Shown: positions 39,485 to 53,000 of the stretch, one piece after another | How the letters are laid out: every line of letters starts with the position of its first letter | How positions within the stretch are numbered: position 1 is the first letter of the stretch | Assembly (NCBI GenBank): GCA_903813345.2 | Contig: CAIIXF020000001.1 | Location: 27,962,001-28,026,000 of the forward strand | Direction: 5' to 3' | Source of the DNA: Owenia fusiformis | Lineage: Eukaryota | DNA length: 64,000 nt | Notes under the pieces: generated by a model | What the model was told of the DNA's origin: nothing | Databases searched by the model: none | Seen by the model: the letters and a program-made list of their open reading frames with translations, nothing else | Position numbers and translations under genes: made by a program

Positions 39485-41835
39485 CACTGCATCATGCGAC
39501 CTTAAACTACAAGGTTTGCTTTTATACAGTACACCTACATTGTAGTAATCAGTTATGGCTGTATTCTGTGTAGATGCACTGGCCCGCCCTTCCCTCTGAG
39601 ATGGGCCCAGAAAAAAAGGGTCCGACATTTTAGCGCTCCACATGTCTTGGGTCAGATATCGTCCTGGTTGCTGAAGTCAGGAATATTTTGGGAACATGGA
39701 GCAAAACTGCCCTCATAATAATTTGAATGTGCAGAGGTTTTTCTAATCTGTCAATCATCAAACGTTCATGTTCCATCTTATGAAGGGTATCTCACATTTT
39801 CTGTGATTTTTCAGAGTGTTCGAAAATAATGTTGAGAGTAGGGCAAAATGGCCCATGGGTGGGGCAGAACAGCCCACACTGAAAGCTTCGGTTTTAAAAC
39901 CAAGATTAATTAACTACAGGACTCGTCAACACACATTTATCTCAGACGGTCAAAGATTAGACAGATAGAATATTCTTATATTCCACAATATTAATAGTTA
40001 ATTCCACAAGCCGTAATGGGGGGGGGCAACATTTTAGTTAAGTTTTCATGGCAAATGGTAGCATTTTCAAATTATCAGTAGCTGGAGCTACAGATATAGC
40101 ACATCAAGTACTCTATAAAATCAGGAATATTGTACATAGGGTAACTCATTTCTTGTTGTTATTATGCACCCCTTTCACTGAAAATGTCAATGCGCGTGAT
40201 TTCAAGGTAGTCCCAATAATTTGTGTTTCCTAGAGCTTGAAAATACTGTTATCGTCAATGAGTGGATGTTCATTCACATGCATGAAAACTGGGAAAATAT
40301 TTCTTCCGAATTCCATAGGCTATGAAAACGCCTCCTTGGAATTTTGCTTATGCGTAATAATACGAACAAAGTTACGGATTTTTTTTCGATCAGATGCGTG
40401 GTTCGCGGTAACGGATCTCTGTCCGCGGTACAAGAAATATGTTCGGAAACAAGGAAATGGTGGTGCGCAACATAAGATTTCACGTTCGCGATATGAGATT
40501 CGTGGTTCGAGTGCAAGGAACGTAGTTCGCGGTATCAGAACTGATGTTCGCGTTCTTGGAAGTCTAGGAGGCCTGATAATTAAATTGTGTAAGATACCCA
40601 TTTGAAAGAATACAGTCCATCAAAATCCAGCCCCCCGATCAAAATAGCAGTTACAGTGAACCATACATGTTTTTTATGTACACTGTGCATGTACATGTAC
40701 AGTTCGAACATGACTTTATTGCGCCTTCTACAAAGTCAACAAATATTTCACCCAGTAATAGTATTTGTCGATACAAAACCTGGCAATATGAGTAATATGT
40801 GACATCATAACAGCGGGCTGTAGTAATCACGGGTAGTATCTAAAGCCCCGCTATGATTTAAAAGTCGCGAGCAAGTTCCCGCTGAAATCGCGAGGAATAA
40901 AAAGAAGTCATGGGTTCTTTTTTGTGTTCTTGAATTGTATGATTTACAAAACGTTTTCTTTTATTTTTTCCCAATGCTTACATGGTATTGAGACTAAAAA
41001 AGCAACTGCTGGAAAAAATGTATCACGAGCGGTCGTTCTGTGGTTCGTTATTTGTCAATTGAAGAGAGAAAGTATCATTTTGAATCTTTATCTGTATATT
41101 TCTATACGTTATTGGTGAAGAACGATGTTGTCCTGTGGTTGAAATAACGATAGTGGTATGAAATAAAGATGTACGAGTTTCACTTCCTAAAGCTTTACAG
41201 AACATTTTATATTTAAATATCATATCCCTCAAGGCCCCGCTTCTAGCAGGAGCAATTAAGCAAAGATCCCGCTGAAATCAGGAGGAGGCCCCGCTGAAAA
41301 CATGAGGAGGTCCCGCTGAAAACAGGAGCAAGTGTCTCTCAAAAATGGAGTGAATCCCGATTATACCCTGAAAATCTCCCACTTTCGTACCCACCTTGAC
41401 TCACTATTGTACCCAGTTTGATGAATACATTATTTGTCAATACAATTCTCAATAACAGAAAACACAACTGTTTAATATAGTTCATATTATGATACGTTGT
41501 TATGGAAAACTGCAGTATCATATTTCCATGCCATTTTACAGAATAAGAAAGATCATCTGTGAGAAATGTGATGAGTATTAGATCGGACGAAATGTTAAAC
41601 ATTCAACCTCATTTTCATAATTTGAAGTAATATAAGTTATTGAATGAGAAATATAGGATATATTGTGCTCAAAAAATTCTGTATTTGCACGAGATGAAAT
41701 CAAGTGGAAATACAGCATATCAAGAGCACAATATATCCTATGTTGCGCTTCAAATCGTTGTATAACGTTTTTTATCGTGTGATCTTACTACATAGTCCAT
41801 AGGAAATATTCTGTATTCTCTGTATTGCAACTGTC

Positions 41836-42890
41836 CCCTCTATTCAATCTTTGAGTACAAGTCGATATTCAGTAAGATACACTAATAAGCCTGCGTTTAG
41901 GTCAACCTAAAATGATTTAGTCAGAATAATGTTTATGAATATTATTCCTATATCAATCTCCTGTTGCTTACTTGCTTGCTCGCTTCCTCCCTTCCTTGCT
42001 TCTTTGCTTCCTTCCTTCCTGGCTTCCTTCCTCGCTTCCTCACATCCTTCCTTCCTTGCTTCCTTCCATCCTTGCTTCCTTCCTTCCTTCCTCGCTTCAT
42101 TCCTTCTTTGCTTCCTTGCTTCATTCCTTCCTTGCTTCCTCACTTCATTCCCTCGCTTCCTCCCTTCCTAGCTTCCTTCCTTCCTCACTTCCCTCTATTC
42201 AATCTTTGAGTACAAGTCGATATTCAGTAAGATACACGAATAAGCCTGCGTTTAGGTCAACCTAAAATGATTTAGTCAGAATAATGTTTATGAATATTAT
42301 TCCTATATCAATCTCCTGTTGCTTACTTGCTTGCTCGCTTCCTCCCTTCCTTGCTTCTTTGCTTCCTTCCTTCCTGGCTTCCTTCCTCGCTTCCTCACAT
42401 CCTTCCTTCCTTGCTTCCTTCCATCCTTGCTTCCTTCCTTCCTTCCTCGCTTCATTCCTTCTTTGCTTCCTTGCTTCATTCCTTCCTTGCTTCCTCACTT
42501 CATTCCCTCGCTTCCTCCCTTCCTAGCTTCCTTCCTTCCTCACTTCCCTCTATTCAATCTTTGAGTACAAGTCGATATTCAGTAAGATACACGAATAAGC
42601 CTGCGTTTAGGTCAACCTAAAATGATTTAGTCAGAATAATGTTTATGAATATTATTCCTATATCAATCTCCTGTTGCTTACTTGCTTGCTCGCTTCCTCC
42701 CTTCCTTGCTTCTTTGCTTCCTTCCTTCCTGGCTTCCTTCCTCGCTTCCTCACATCCTTCCTTCCTTGCTTCCTTCCATCCTTCCTTCCTCGCTTCATTC
42801 CTTCTTTGCTTCCTTGCTTCATTCCTTCCTTGCTTCCTCACTTCATTCCCTCGCTTCCTCCCTTCCTAGCTTCCTTCCTTCCTCACTTCC
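41836..42890. repeat. 355-bp tandem triplication
   Basis: Units start at ~41836, 42191 and 42546 and are almost identical; the same ORFs recur with period 355. Confidence 0.92.
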
Positions 42891-45195
42891 CTCCTTTCTT
42901 TCTTGCTTCCTTCCTTGCTTCCCTCATCGCTTCCTTCCTCGCTTCCTTCCTCCCTCCCTTCCTTGCTTCCTCGCATTCTTGCATCCTTCCTTCCTTCTAT
43001 CCTTGCTTCCTTCCTTTCTTGCATCCTCCCTTCCTTGCTTCCTCCCTTCCTTGCTTCCTCACTTCCTTCTTTCTTCGCTTCCTTGCATCCTTCCTTCCTT
43101 GCTTCCTCGCTTACTTCCTTCCTCGCATCTTTCCTTCCTTGCTTCCTCATTTCCTTGCTTCCTCCCTTCTTTGCTTCTTTCCCTCCTTCTTTCCTTGCTT
43201 CCTCGCTTCTTTCCTTCCTGGCTTCCTTCCTTCCTTGCTTCTTCCCTTCCTCGCTTCATACCTTCCTTTCTTCCTCGCCTCTTCTTTTCTTGCTTCCTTC
43301 CTTCTTTGCTTCCTTCCTTCCTCGCAACTTACCTCCCTCGCTTGCTTCCTCGCTTCCTTCCGTCCTCGCATCTTTCCTTCCTCGCTTCCTTCCTACCTTG
43401 CTTCCTCGCTTCCTTCCTTCCTCGCTTCCTTCCTTCCTCGCTTCCCTCTTTCCTTCCATGCTTTTTTCCTTCCTTGCTCCCTTCTTTCCTCCTTCTTTGT
43501 TTCCTCGCTTTCTTCATAAATTTCTTCCTCACTTCCTTTCCTCCTTCCTTCCTTGCTTCATTCCTTCCTTCCATGCTCCCTCGCTTGCTTTCTTTCTTGC
43601 TTCCTCGCTTCCTTCTTTCCTTCCTTCCTCGCTTCCTTACTTCCTCACTTCCCTCCTTCATTCCTTGCTTCCTTCCTTCCTCGCTTCCTTTTTTCCTCCT
43701 TCTTTGCATCCTCGATTCCTTCGTTCTTTCCACACTTCCTTCCTTTTTGGCTTCATTCCTTCCTTGTTTCCTCGCTTCCTCCCTCGTTTCCTTCTCTCCT
43801 CCTTCCTTGCTTCCTCGCTTTCTTCTTTCCTTGCTTCCTCGATTCCTTCCTTCCTCACTTGCATCCTCCCTTCCTTGCTTCCTCCCTTCCTCACTTCCTT
43901 CTTTCCTCCTTCCTTGCTTCCTCGTTTCCTTCATTCTTTCCTTGCGTTGTTCTTTTGTCGCTTCATTCCTTCCTTGCTTCCTTCTCTCCTTGATTCCTTG
44001 CTTTCTCGCCTTCTTTCCTGACTTACTTCCTTATTTGCTTTTTTCCTTCCTTCCTTTCTTGCGTCTTTGCCTGCCTCCTCTCTTCCTTGATTCATCGTTT
44101 CCTTCCTTCTTTGCTTCCTGGCTTCCTTTCTTCCTCGTTCCCTTCCTTGCTTCCTTCCTTGCTTCCTCAGTTCCTTCCTTCCTTGCTTCCTCGCATCGTT
44201 CCTTCCTTGTTCCCTCGCTTCCGTTCTTTCTTTCTTCCTCAGTTCCTTCCTTCCTTGCTTTCTCACTTTCTTCCCTCCTCGCTTTCTCGTTTCCTTGCTT
44301 CCTTCCTTCCTTCTTTGATTTCTTGCATCCTCCCTTCCTCGCAATCTTTCCTTCCTCACTTCCTACCTTGCTTTCTCGCTTCCTTCCTTCCTCGCTTCAT
44401 TCCTTCCTCGCTTCCTTCTTTCCTCGTTTCCCTCCTTGCTTTTTTCCTTCCTCGCTCCCTTCTTTCCCCCTTCTTTGCTTCCTCGCTTCCTTCACAAATT
44501 TCTTCCTCACTTCCTTCCTTTCTTCCTTCCTTTCTTGCTTCATTCCCTCCTTCCATGCTTCCTCGCATCCTTCCTTGCTTCCTTGCTTTCTTCCTTGCTT
44601 CCTCGCTTCCTTCTTTCCTTGCTTCCTCGCTCCTTCCTTCCCCACTTCCCTCCTTCCTTGCTTCCATCCATCCTCGCTTCCTTCTTTCCTCATTCCTTGC
44701 TTCCTCGCTTTTTTCGTTTTTTCCTCGCGTCCTTCCTTTCTCGCTTCATTCCTTTCTTGCTTCCTCGCTTCCACCTTTCCTCCTTCCTTGCATCCTCGCT
44801 TCCTTCCTTCCTTGCTTCCTCGTTTCCTTCCTTCTTTGCTTCCTGGCTTCCTTTCTTCCTCGCTTCCTTACTTGCTAGCTTCCCTGCTTAATTCTTAACT
44901 TGCATCGTTCCTTCCTTTCTCCCTCGGTTCCTTCCTCCCTTTCTTCCTCAGTTGCTTCCTTGCTTGCTTCCTCGCTTTCTTCCCTCCTCGCTTTCTCGTT
45001 TCCTTGCTTTCTTCCTTCATTGCTTCTTTCCTTCCCTCCCTTCCTTTTTTCCTTCCTTGCTTACTTATATTACACCCACCTTCACTTCTTCTATTTACTT
45101 CCTCCATTCCTTCTTTACTTGCTTGCTAACTCAATTACTTACTTCGTTGCTTGTTTACTTCCTCACGTGCTTGCTTGCTTTCTTGATTATTTACA
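41960..45195 (+). repeat. Degenerate (CTTC/CTTG/CTCG)n polypyrimidine microsatellite
   Basis: The plus strand is almost entirely C/T tetranucleotide variants over ~3.2 kb. Confidence 0.95.
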
Positions 45196-45239
45196 TTCTT
45201 TCATATGGCAGTGGAAAGACAAATTTTGATGAAAACCTG

Positions 45240-45715
45240 CAAACGAACTAACGAACGAGGAAAGAACGCACGGATGGACAGAAGAACAGCAAGAACGTAG
45301 TTACAAACGAACGCACGAAAGAACGCACGCACGAACGAACACAAAAACGAACACAAAAAGAACGAACAGACGAACGCACGCATGAATGGACGGTTGAACG
45401 AAAGCACGCACGGACGAACGGACGGCTAGACGGACGAACCCACGAACGAAAGGGCAGTCAGACGAAAGCAAGCACAAACGGACGGTCAGACGAACGCATG
45501 CGCACACAAACGGACGGACAATCGCACGAACGGATGCACGAACAAATGGACGGTCGGACGAACGCTGCCACGAACGCATGATTGGGCGATGCACGCACAA
45601 ACGATCAGTCGGTCGGATGAACGCACGCATGAACGAACGGACCGTCGGACGAACACACGCACGAACGAACGGTCGGTCGAATGCACGCACGAATGAACGG
45701 TCGGACAAAGAAACC
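45240..45715 (+). repeat. Degenerate (GAAC/GGAC/GCAC)n microsatellite
   Basis: Directly visible tetranucleotide repeats. Confidence 0.9.
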
Positions 45716-47016
45716 AATGAAATATATGTGTCCTCAGAAGTATAATCCTTGGAATAGTTAATTATGTAGAATGTACATTTAACTCCGAAATGTACAAAGT
45801 CTATTTACATATAAAAATTTGATCATGCCGCTGACAGATGGATTAGACTGCCTGAAGTTGAAGAAGAAATATTTGTGATGTTGCCATAGAATGATATGTT
45901 ATGTGATTGTCATTAATACGTTATTTGCACATTCGTGTACGTTCATATGAAGAAGCTCACTATATTCATGGAATAATGATGAAGCTTTCCTCGTGATCGA
46001 AGCGGGTAGTCGTGAAATTTGCTCGTGTTTTCAGCGAGGTCTCCTCATGCTTTCAGCGAGGCCTCCTCATTTTTTCAGCAGGGCCAATGGAACACCTTTA
46101 ATAATGTATTTCAACCTCCTTGGCAGGTGTCATTGTCCAGTTACTTATCAATACAGACCATCTTGATCCGATATTTATTATGGAGTATGTAAATCGTATT
46201 TGTTGCCTTTATTTTAACGATAAAGGTAATATATGAACAGTAAATTATGCAAACGTGCATGTTGACGCCCCTTTCCTTCATGCAAGTAAAAAATAATCAT
46301 TTTTCATGTCATTTTTTGTCGAATATATCTGTTTTCAAAGTTTTGCTGGAGTATCAAAGAACGGTAATAAGTATTTTCATCCTTTTGGTTCATTTTCCAA
46401 AGTAATACAAATAAACAGGACTATGCTCGCGATTTCAGGGGGAACTTGCTCGCGACTTTTCAATCATAGCGGGGCTTTAGATACTACCCGTGGTAATGGT
46501 GGGCCATAATGATTATTCTAAAAATTTTGTGTAGGTCACTGAATTTTCTACCTGAATTTTCTCATTTTTCATACAGTATGATTATACAGGATAGATGGTG
46601 CTGACTGCAGTGAGTGGCACACACCCACTTTCTTCAGAGACTTTCTTATGATGTGGCACATCCCCACTGGCACTTTCTTATGATGTGCCACACCCACTTT
46701 CTTAGGTTACAAAAATCAATGGATATTTAGAAGCCCTAGATACCTACCCACTTGCCATATCTAGGCCTATTTATTTTCACTGCAGTAGTTCAACCTTTGT
46801 CCTAGACACTAATGATAGCATTCATCTACAGCTGATCGTTTACAATTGTCAGATTAGTGGAGTAAAAGTTCACAGTTCAATATTTATGATGAACATGCTG
46901 ACTTTGTTGACTTGCCATAAAATTATGTCACATGCAATCTGATTGGTTGATCTCTGTAGAATAGTGAGCAAGAACCAATGAAATATTACGTTACAAACTT
47001 CACTGACACTTCGAAA

Positions 47017-50000
47017 ATGGCCTACAAATACTTAGGAGAGGATATTCTGAAAGGTTTTGACAAATATAAGGTAAGTTATACATTAGATATAGCGTGTAGA
47101 TGTGTAGAAAGCTACATCCGTTATCAAGTCATCGTGATAACGAAAAGTAAACGGATTTATCATGGGATTTATGCATAATTGTGTTTTGATTTCAGTGAGT
47201 TTAGAAAAAAAATTGATCGATCAAATTTTTCGTTTCAAATTATTTTGGTGTAATATTATATCTATAACTGGGCCACAGGCACGGGCACAAAAGTCCATCC
47301 CCCACTGGAGTGAACTATTGTACCTGTGCCTGTGTATAGATGACTGGTACTGGGACTAGAGATTGGGATGATGGCCGTGAATTATATTCCACTCCGACTA
47401 AGAAATGCTTGAGAGGACCACCTTTGCCTATAAGACCCTCTCGTTATACAACGAACCCTTGGCTGTAAGCAGTGCCCTTTACTCCAGGCTGGGAACGAAC
47501 ACCATGCACTGTCAGAAAGATTTATTGCATCCTACGACCCCCACTACGTTTGTGGTCGTACACGCGATGCATTGGTCAGTCAATGTTTTTGCAAAGTTGG
47601 AGAAAATACTATGCATTGCATACTTAAATGGCCTACCTCGATACATTCATGAGTATTTAACAATCCTTTTTATGTGTAGTTGAACTGCCAATTATATGGG
47701 TTTATCGGCAGAATGAAGAGATTTTCGTTTTTGAATCGGAAATATTAAGCACTTTCCAAGATGGCGGAAGCTCGTCGGAAGGGGATTCCCCTTATGAGTG
47801 ATGCATGCCAGGACAGGATGTACTACTAAATGAAGGAATTTGACATGAAAATCTCTTTGTTCTGCCGATAAACCTATACAATTGGCGATTCAACTACATA
47901 AAAAGAATTCTAAATTACTAAGGAATGTATCGAGGTAGGTCATTTAAGTGTGCAATCCATTGTTCATTCTCCAACATTGTAGAAATATTGACTGACCAAT
48001 GGTTCGCGTGTACGACCACAATCTTAAGTGGTCGTAGGATTCGACAAAGAAAGATGACTATTTTTGCATGAACAATGAATCACACAGTTACCCTGCATGC
48101 AGAGTCTAGTTATAAATTATCCTCTGTTTAGTATAGACCATATTACAGTTTAGTAGCCCCACCCCCACAACCTATGCCTGTGACAGCCCGGGTGATAAAT
48201 TATTTCGAAACTACCACACTAATCTTTTCTCACCCAATCAGCGAGCTGGAAGGAACACATGCTAAATACATGTTCATCAACTGCTATGCAATGACATTAG
48301 AGGAAATTACCATACATAGAAAGTCAATCATATTTTGACGACAAACTTTGAGTGGCTCGATGACTTCAGAGATTTATTGTTAACTGAAAGATTGAAGATG
48401 AAGTTCTCTTTGGAACAAATGGAAAGGGTATTGCACATTTAAACTAGCTATTTAATGATGCACATACTATATCTATAATTTGATTGTTTAGTTAAAACTG
48501 TTTCTGTCATCCCAACTGTACACTCCTCATACATTGTAGTTTCAGCAAGTTGAAATGCTGAATTCTGCAATTGAAATTAGTGAATTCTGCAAGTATAAGT
48601 GTCAATTCCAGAAGATTTCTGTTGGATTTCTCAGCATTTTTAATGAAAATTACAGTCTTTGCGGGTTGTGTTTTGCATCAATAAAACCGAAAAAAGCAAT
48701 GAAAAGACCACAATGGAATATTGCAATATTATGGAAAGATAAATTCATATTTTACAGACAAATCCAGCATGGTTTTGACATTTTTTGTTTTGTCATTTCC
48801 TGTTAACTTCCATAGCACCTTAAGAAATTATTCCCAAGAGTTTTTCTAAATCTAAATATGTTGATTTGTCTTTCACTTGAATATAGCACCCTTCACTAAC
48901 AAAATCATTATTCCCCCCCCCCTCCTCTCCCTAATGATATAATTACTTCCACGACTGATTGGACACCATTATTTTTCTGTTATTTTCAGTACAGTGCTCT
49001 GGATACAAGTCCATTCAGCAACTATGTCATGCATCCTTTCTGGAACACTGTGGTCAAGGTATGACACATGATGATTCTTGGCATGTTGAAAATAAAAATA
49101 AATTTATTTATTTAAGATGTTTACATCATGATATTAGGTATAATTAACATAAAGCTATATGTACATGCAATTGCATGTTCATGTAGGGATTTCAAAGTCT
49201 GCATTAATATATATTAAGAATGAGTGTTTGTAGTAGATGTGTTTATAATCTAATACATAATCTACATGTACCCTTTCGAACAATATACCGTATTTAAAGA
49301 TGTTACATTTGTCTTCTAGGCTGTGCCAAGATGGGTGGCCCCTAATATGTTGACATTCTCAGGGTTTGTATTGCTGGTGTATAACTTTGGTGTACTGTCA
49401 TACTATGACCCTGACTACACTGCATCAGACACGCGGCCAGGAGATCTAGGTCCTATACCCAACTGGGTGTGGCTCGTCTCAGCTTTATGCGTATTTGGAG
49501 CTCACACATTAGGTAGGTACTTCTGTCTAAATACTTGATTTTAATTGGTTGGTTCTTTGAAAGTCAACAATATTGACTGCTGACTGGTGCAATTGAGCGA
49601 TTATTGAGCATTGATCGCTGGTAATGTAATGTTGACCTCTTCTAAGATTCTGTTGATCACAAATTATTTAATACCAACTAAACATTTGGAGGAATGTCAA
49701 TATATTATACGCATGAATGCTTGGAGTCTTGCCATGTATGTATTAACGTATGTATTATTTATGTATTCGAAACGAAATTCAGCATCTGGATGTCGATCTG
49801 TATTCTTCACGGTATTATCGCCCATCAATATTTTTTCATATTTTTCTACGAATTTTTATTTTGGCGCCTCTCCTTCAATGCTAAATTTCGCCAAAGTTTT
49901 CACGTAGTTAAAGCTTCCACTTCTACAGTATATGATTATCTTAAAAATTCACTTAATTCCATTTTGTCCTTATATTTGAAACATGTACATGTACTGGTAA

Positions 50001-53000
50001 ATGTTTTAAACATTAATGTCAACTAAAGTTTTGTTCATATTATTCCTGATAATTCTATAGAACAATGTACATATTATATGCTGTTCTCTTTGATTTTGAT
50101 TTTGCATCCAAAAATACACTTTAATGGAATATGGACTCTAAATTGTTATATTTTAGATGGTATAGATGGTAAGCAAGCCAGGCGCACAGGGTCCAGTAGT
50201 CCTCTGGGTGAACTGTTTGATCATGGCATAGACAGTTGGTCCACTCTTATTCTTCCAACAGGTAGAACACAGCTTTTTGAATGAAAAAACTGTTCATTCT
50301 CATTTCTTTCTTAGAGCCATCTTTAGGATTCTTCAAGTATGATATACCATCCAAAGGTTATGTGTGATCAGGTTTGAATAGAATACATGATATGGTAATA
50401 GAGTCTATGTGTTGTTCTCTCATCTCTTGGTCCTTTAGAGAGATATAGGTATACCCCTCCCCTCTGGATAAACCCTGTATCTAAAACCTCCCAGTAGATA
50501 ACCCTTATGTATTGTCTCATATTGACTATAAAATGTGATTCCAAGTGGCATTGTTTGAAAATGGCACTGGCTTATTATACCTAGATCTGTACAGTGTACT
50601 ATGAAGCCCCTTTCTAATGAATATTCCCAAATAGATGATTTGTAGTGGATGAATAAGGCTGTCAATATTTATTTAGTTCAAACAAAAATGCTTACACTTC
50701 TTACACAATTCATGTTAGTTGAATTGAATTTTCTTTACGTTTTCATAATTTCAGGGATGTATTCCATATTCAGCCGTGGCTTTTACGGTCAGCCTACCTT
50801 GTCAGTGTTTGGAGTTGTATTCCTTGTGCAGTTTTGCTTTCTGTTGTCTCATTGGGAGAAATACAACACTGGGGTACTCTACCTGCCTTGGGGATATGAT
50901 CTAGGACAAATTGTAAGTTCATGAATTCCATCCTCCTAAGCAGGTATCCAGAATCTGTACCTCCTTCTTCCCCCTGCTTTAACCATTTTGGAAGCGCCCG
51001 ATTAAACTGAATCACGTGGTCTAATTATGCGCAATGACTTATACCTGATTTCTGTCACAGTGTTGCGACAGCCAATCAGATTGCGAGTTCTTAATCGGGG
51101 AAATGCTAACTGCTTATCGCAGGGGGTAAAAAGAAAGAATATTTTCTGGATTTTGAAGCCCTGTGATCGGAGGTTGATAAATTCTAACACGTCTCATTTA
51201 AAACCCTAAGATCCTCTAGCCCTAAGAAGCTCCCCCTCTACAAATCTAGCCTTTGGAGTTAAAAAGTACAAGAAGGGAGTGGATCCACAGACCTGATGCA
51301 AGTCTAATACCCTGATAGGACCAAATACTGTATAATATTACAGAAATGTATTGTGTATAAATCTTTCAGCTAGAATGTTCACATAAGTTGTAGAAATGTA
51401 TTCAGTCTTCCAACATCTGCATTGATCAATTCAGCAAAACCAGAACATATTGTAGGCAGAGGAATTAAAAACTGTTTACTGGTTAATCCAATGGAAAATT
51501 AGTTATGATAATTACTGTAGAGTAGAAAAATGGAGAAAAAAGATCTTTGACCAAGTAGAGGAGATATTTTTAACAAATTCACTTCATGCAATCCTTCATG
51601 TGACTTAATCATTAAATTGAAAGAAATTGTCTATACAAGTATGTTGTTTTTCTTGTTTTCAGGGTATGAGTTTGTTGTATCTAATAACATTCCTTGGCAC
51701 TATAGACTTATGGAAGATGACACTACCTATAGTTCATTTAAGTCCTGCATGTTTCTTCACAATATGTTTGTATGGTAAGTATTAATTCTGAATTCTTTGA
51801 AATTGTTAATTTATGTTACGTATTGTTAATTTATGTATCATTTTAACAAGTGGATATCTGCCTATGTGTATAGATGCATTGTATAATCATAAGAATTTGA
51901 TATTGCTGCCATCTTTTAATTATCCCATCGAATGAAGCTAGGAGAGATGTAGGGAACACCTCTGTCTGTACGTACGTCCTTCCGTACGTCCGTACGTCCG
52001 TTTGTCTGGGCAATAACTCAAATACTGTAGACTTGATTTTGTTAATATTTTGTACACATATACCCTGTGGGGGTAGAAGTTCTGCTCAAAAGCCGATTTT
52101 CAAAATGGCCACTCATTTAAAAAAAATTATATAGGACATTAATAAAGCTAGAAATGTAGATATTAAAAAAGCAAATGGCAGCCATCTTGAAAAACGGCGG
52201 AATTCACACACTATTTTACCATTTTTGCTGTAACTCGAAAAGTGTTGGAGTGGTTTTGTTCATATTCTATATATTATATTCATGATGTCTCACGCATCAA
52301 ATGATTGGAAATTTTTCATGACACACGCAGAATACATATCATGACCATGACCATGACAAGCCAAAAATAATCATACATACACATTTTTATCTTTAACATT
52401 TTCACAAATAATCATTTTACCATTATCTGAATTTTTGTGCATTGAACTACATGTACAACAATTGAGTAAATAGAAAAATGTTCCAATTTTTATTGGCCCA
52501 CCCTGTATATATATAATATTTATTTTCCAGCTTCCTGTGTATTATCAGCGCTTATTTCTGTGTTTAATGTTTATGTGTAAGTATATTTTGAAATAATTGA
52601 ATTTTCAATTTTATTAAATGGGTGTTCTCAAAGGCTTGACTTCATTTGCTATCTTAAATATGAAATTATAATTATTAGGGCTGCGTTTTAAACTACCTGC
52701 CAAGCAAGCAAATTGCACAACACTTCATGAGCCTTCTCCCGGGTATAACGAAAAAGATTATTATAAGCCCCTCGTTGCAAATTAAATGGTCACACATTTT
52801 CAACAAAAACAGCTCATCCAAACACACTTACACTGCTTAATACTCCTGTGTCAACAATATAGAAGAAATAGTGATATATTATATGTAGTATGATATTATG
52901 TTATTCTCAATTGAATATTTAAATTGTATTAGTAATTTTGAATGGCTTTAATTTTATAAGGTATTGAATGATATGAAGTGCAATACAGGATATATTCTGC

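Larger units (their letters stand above)
37381..40575. mobile_element. 3.2 kb composite TIR element with 175-bp near-perfect TIRs
   Basis: 37381-37555 is the reverse complement of 40401-40575; ~21-bp periodic CGCGAAC motifs; TSD ATAAT. Confidence 0.88.
40828..46492. mobile_element. 5.7 kb Transib-like non-autonomous element (CAC...GTG termini, 5-bp TSD)
   Basis: ~65-bp TIR starting CACGGGTAGTATCTAAAGCCCCGCTATGA; TSD GTAAT; second inverted array (CCCGCTGAAA) at 41235-41330 and 46020-46085. Confidence 0.82.

Noticed and set aside
42682-44898. 738-aa ORF and the many overlapping ORFs on both strands
   Set aside because: Translation of a CT-rich microsatellite that lacks stop codons; low-complexity LPSF/RKEG products.
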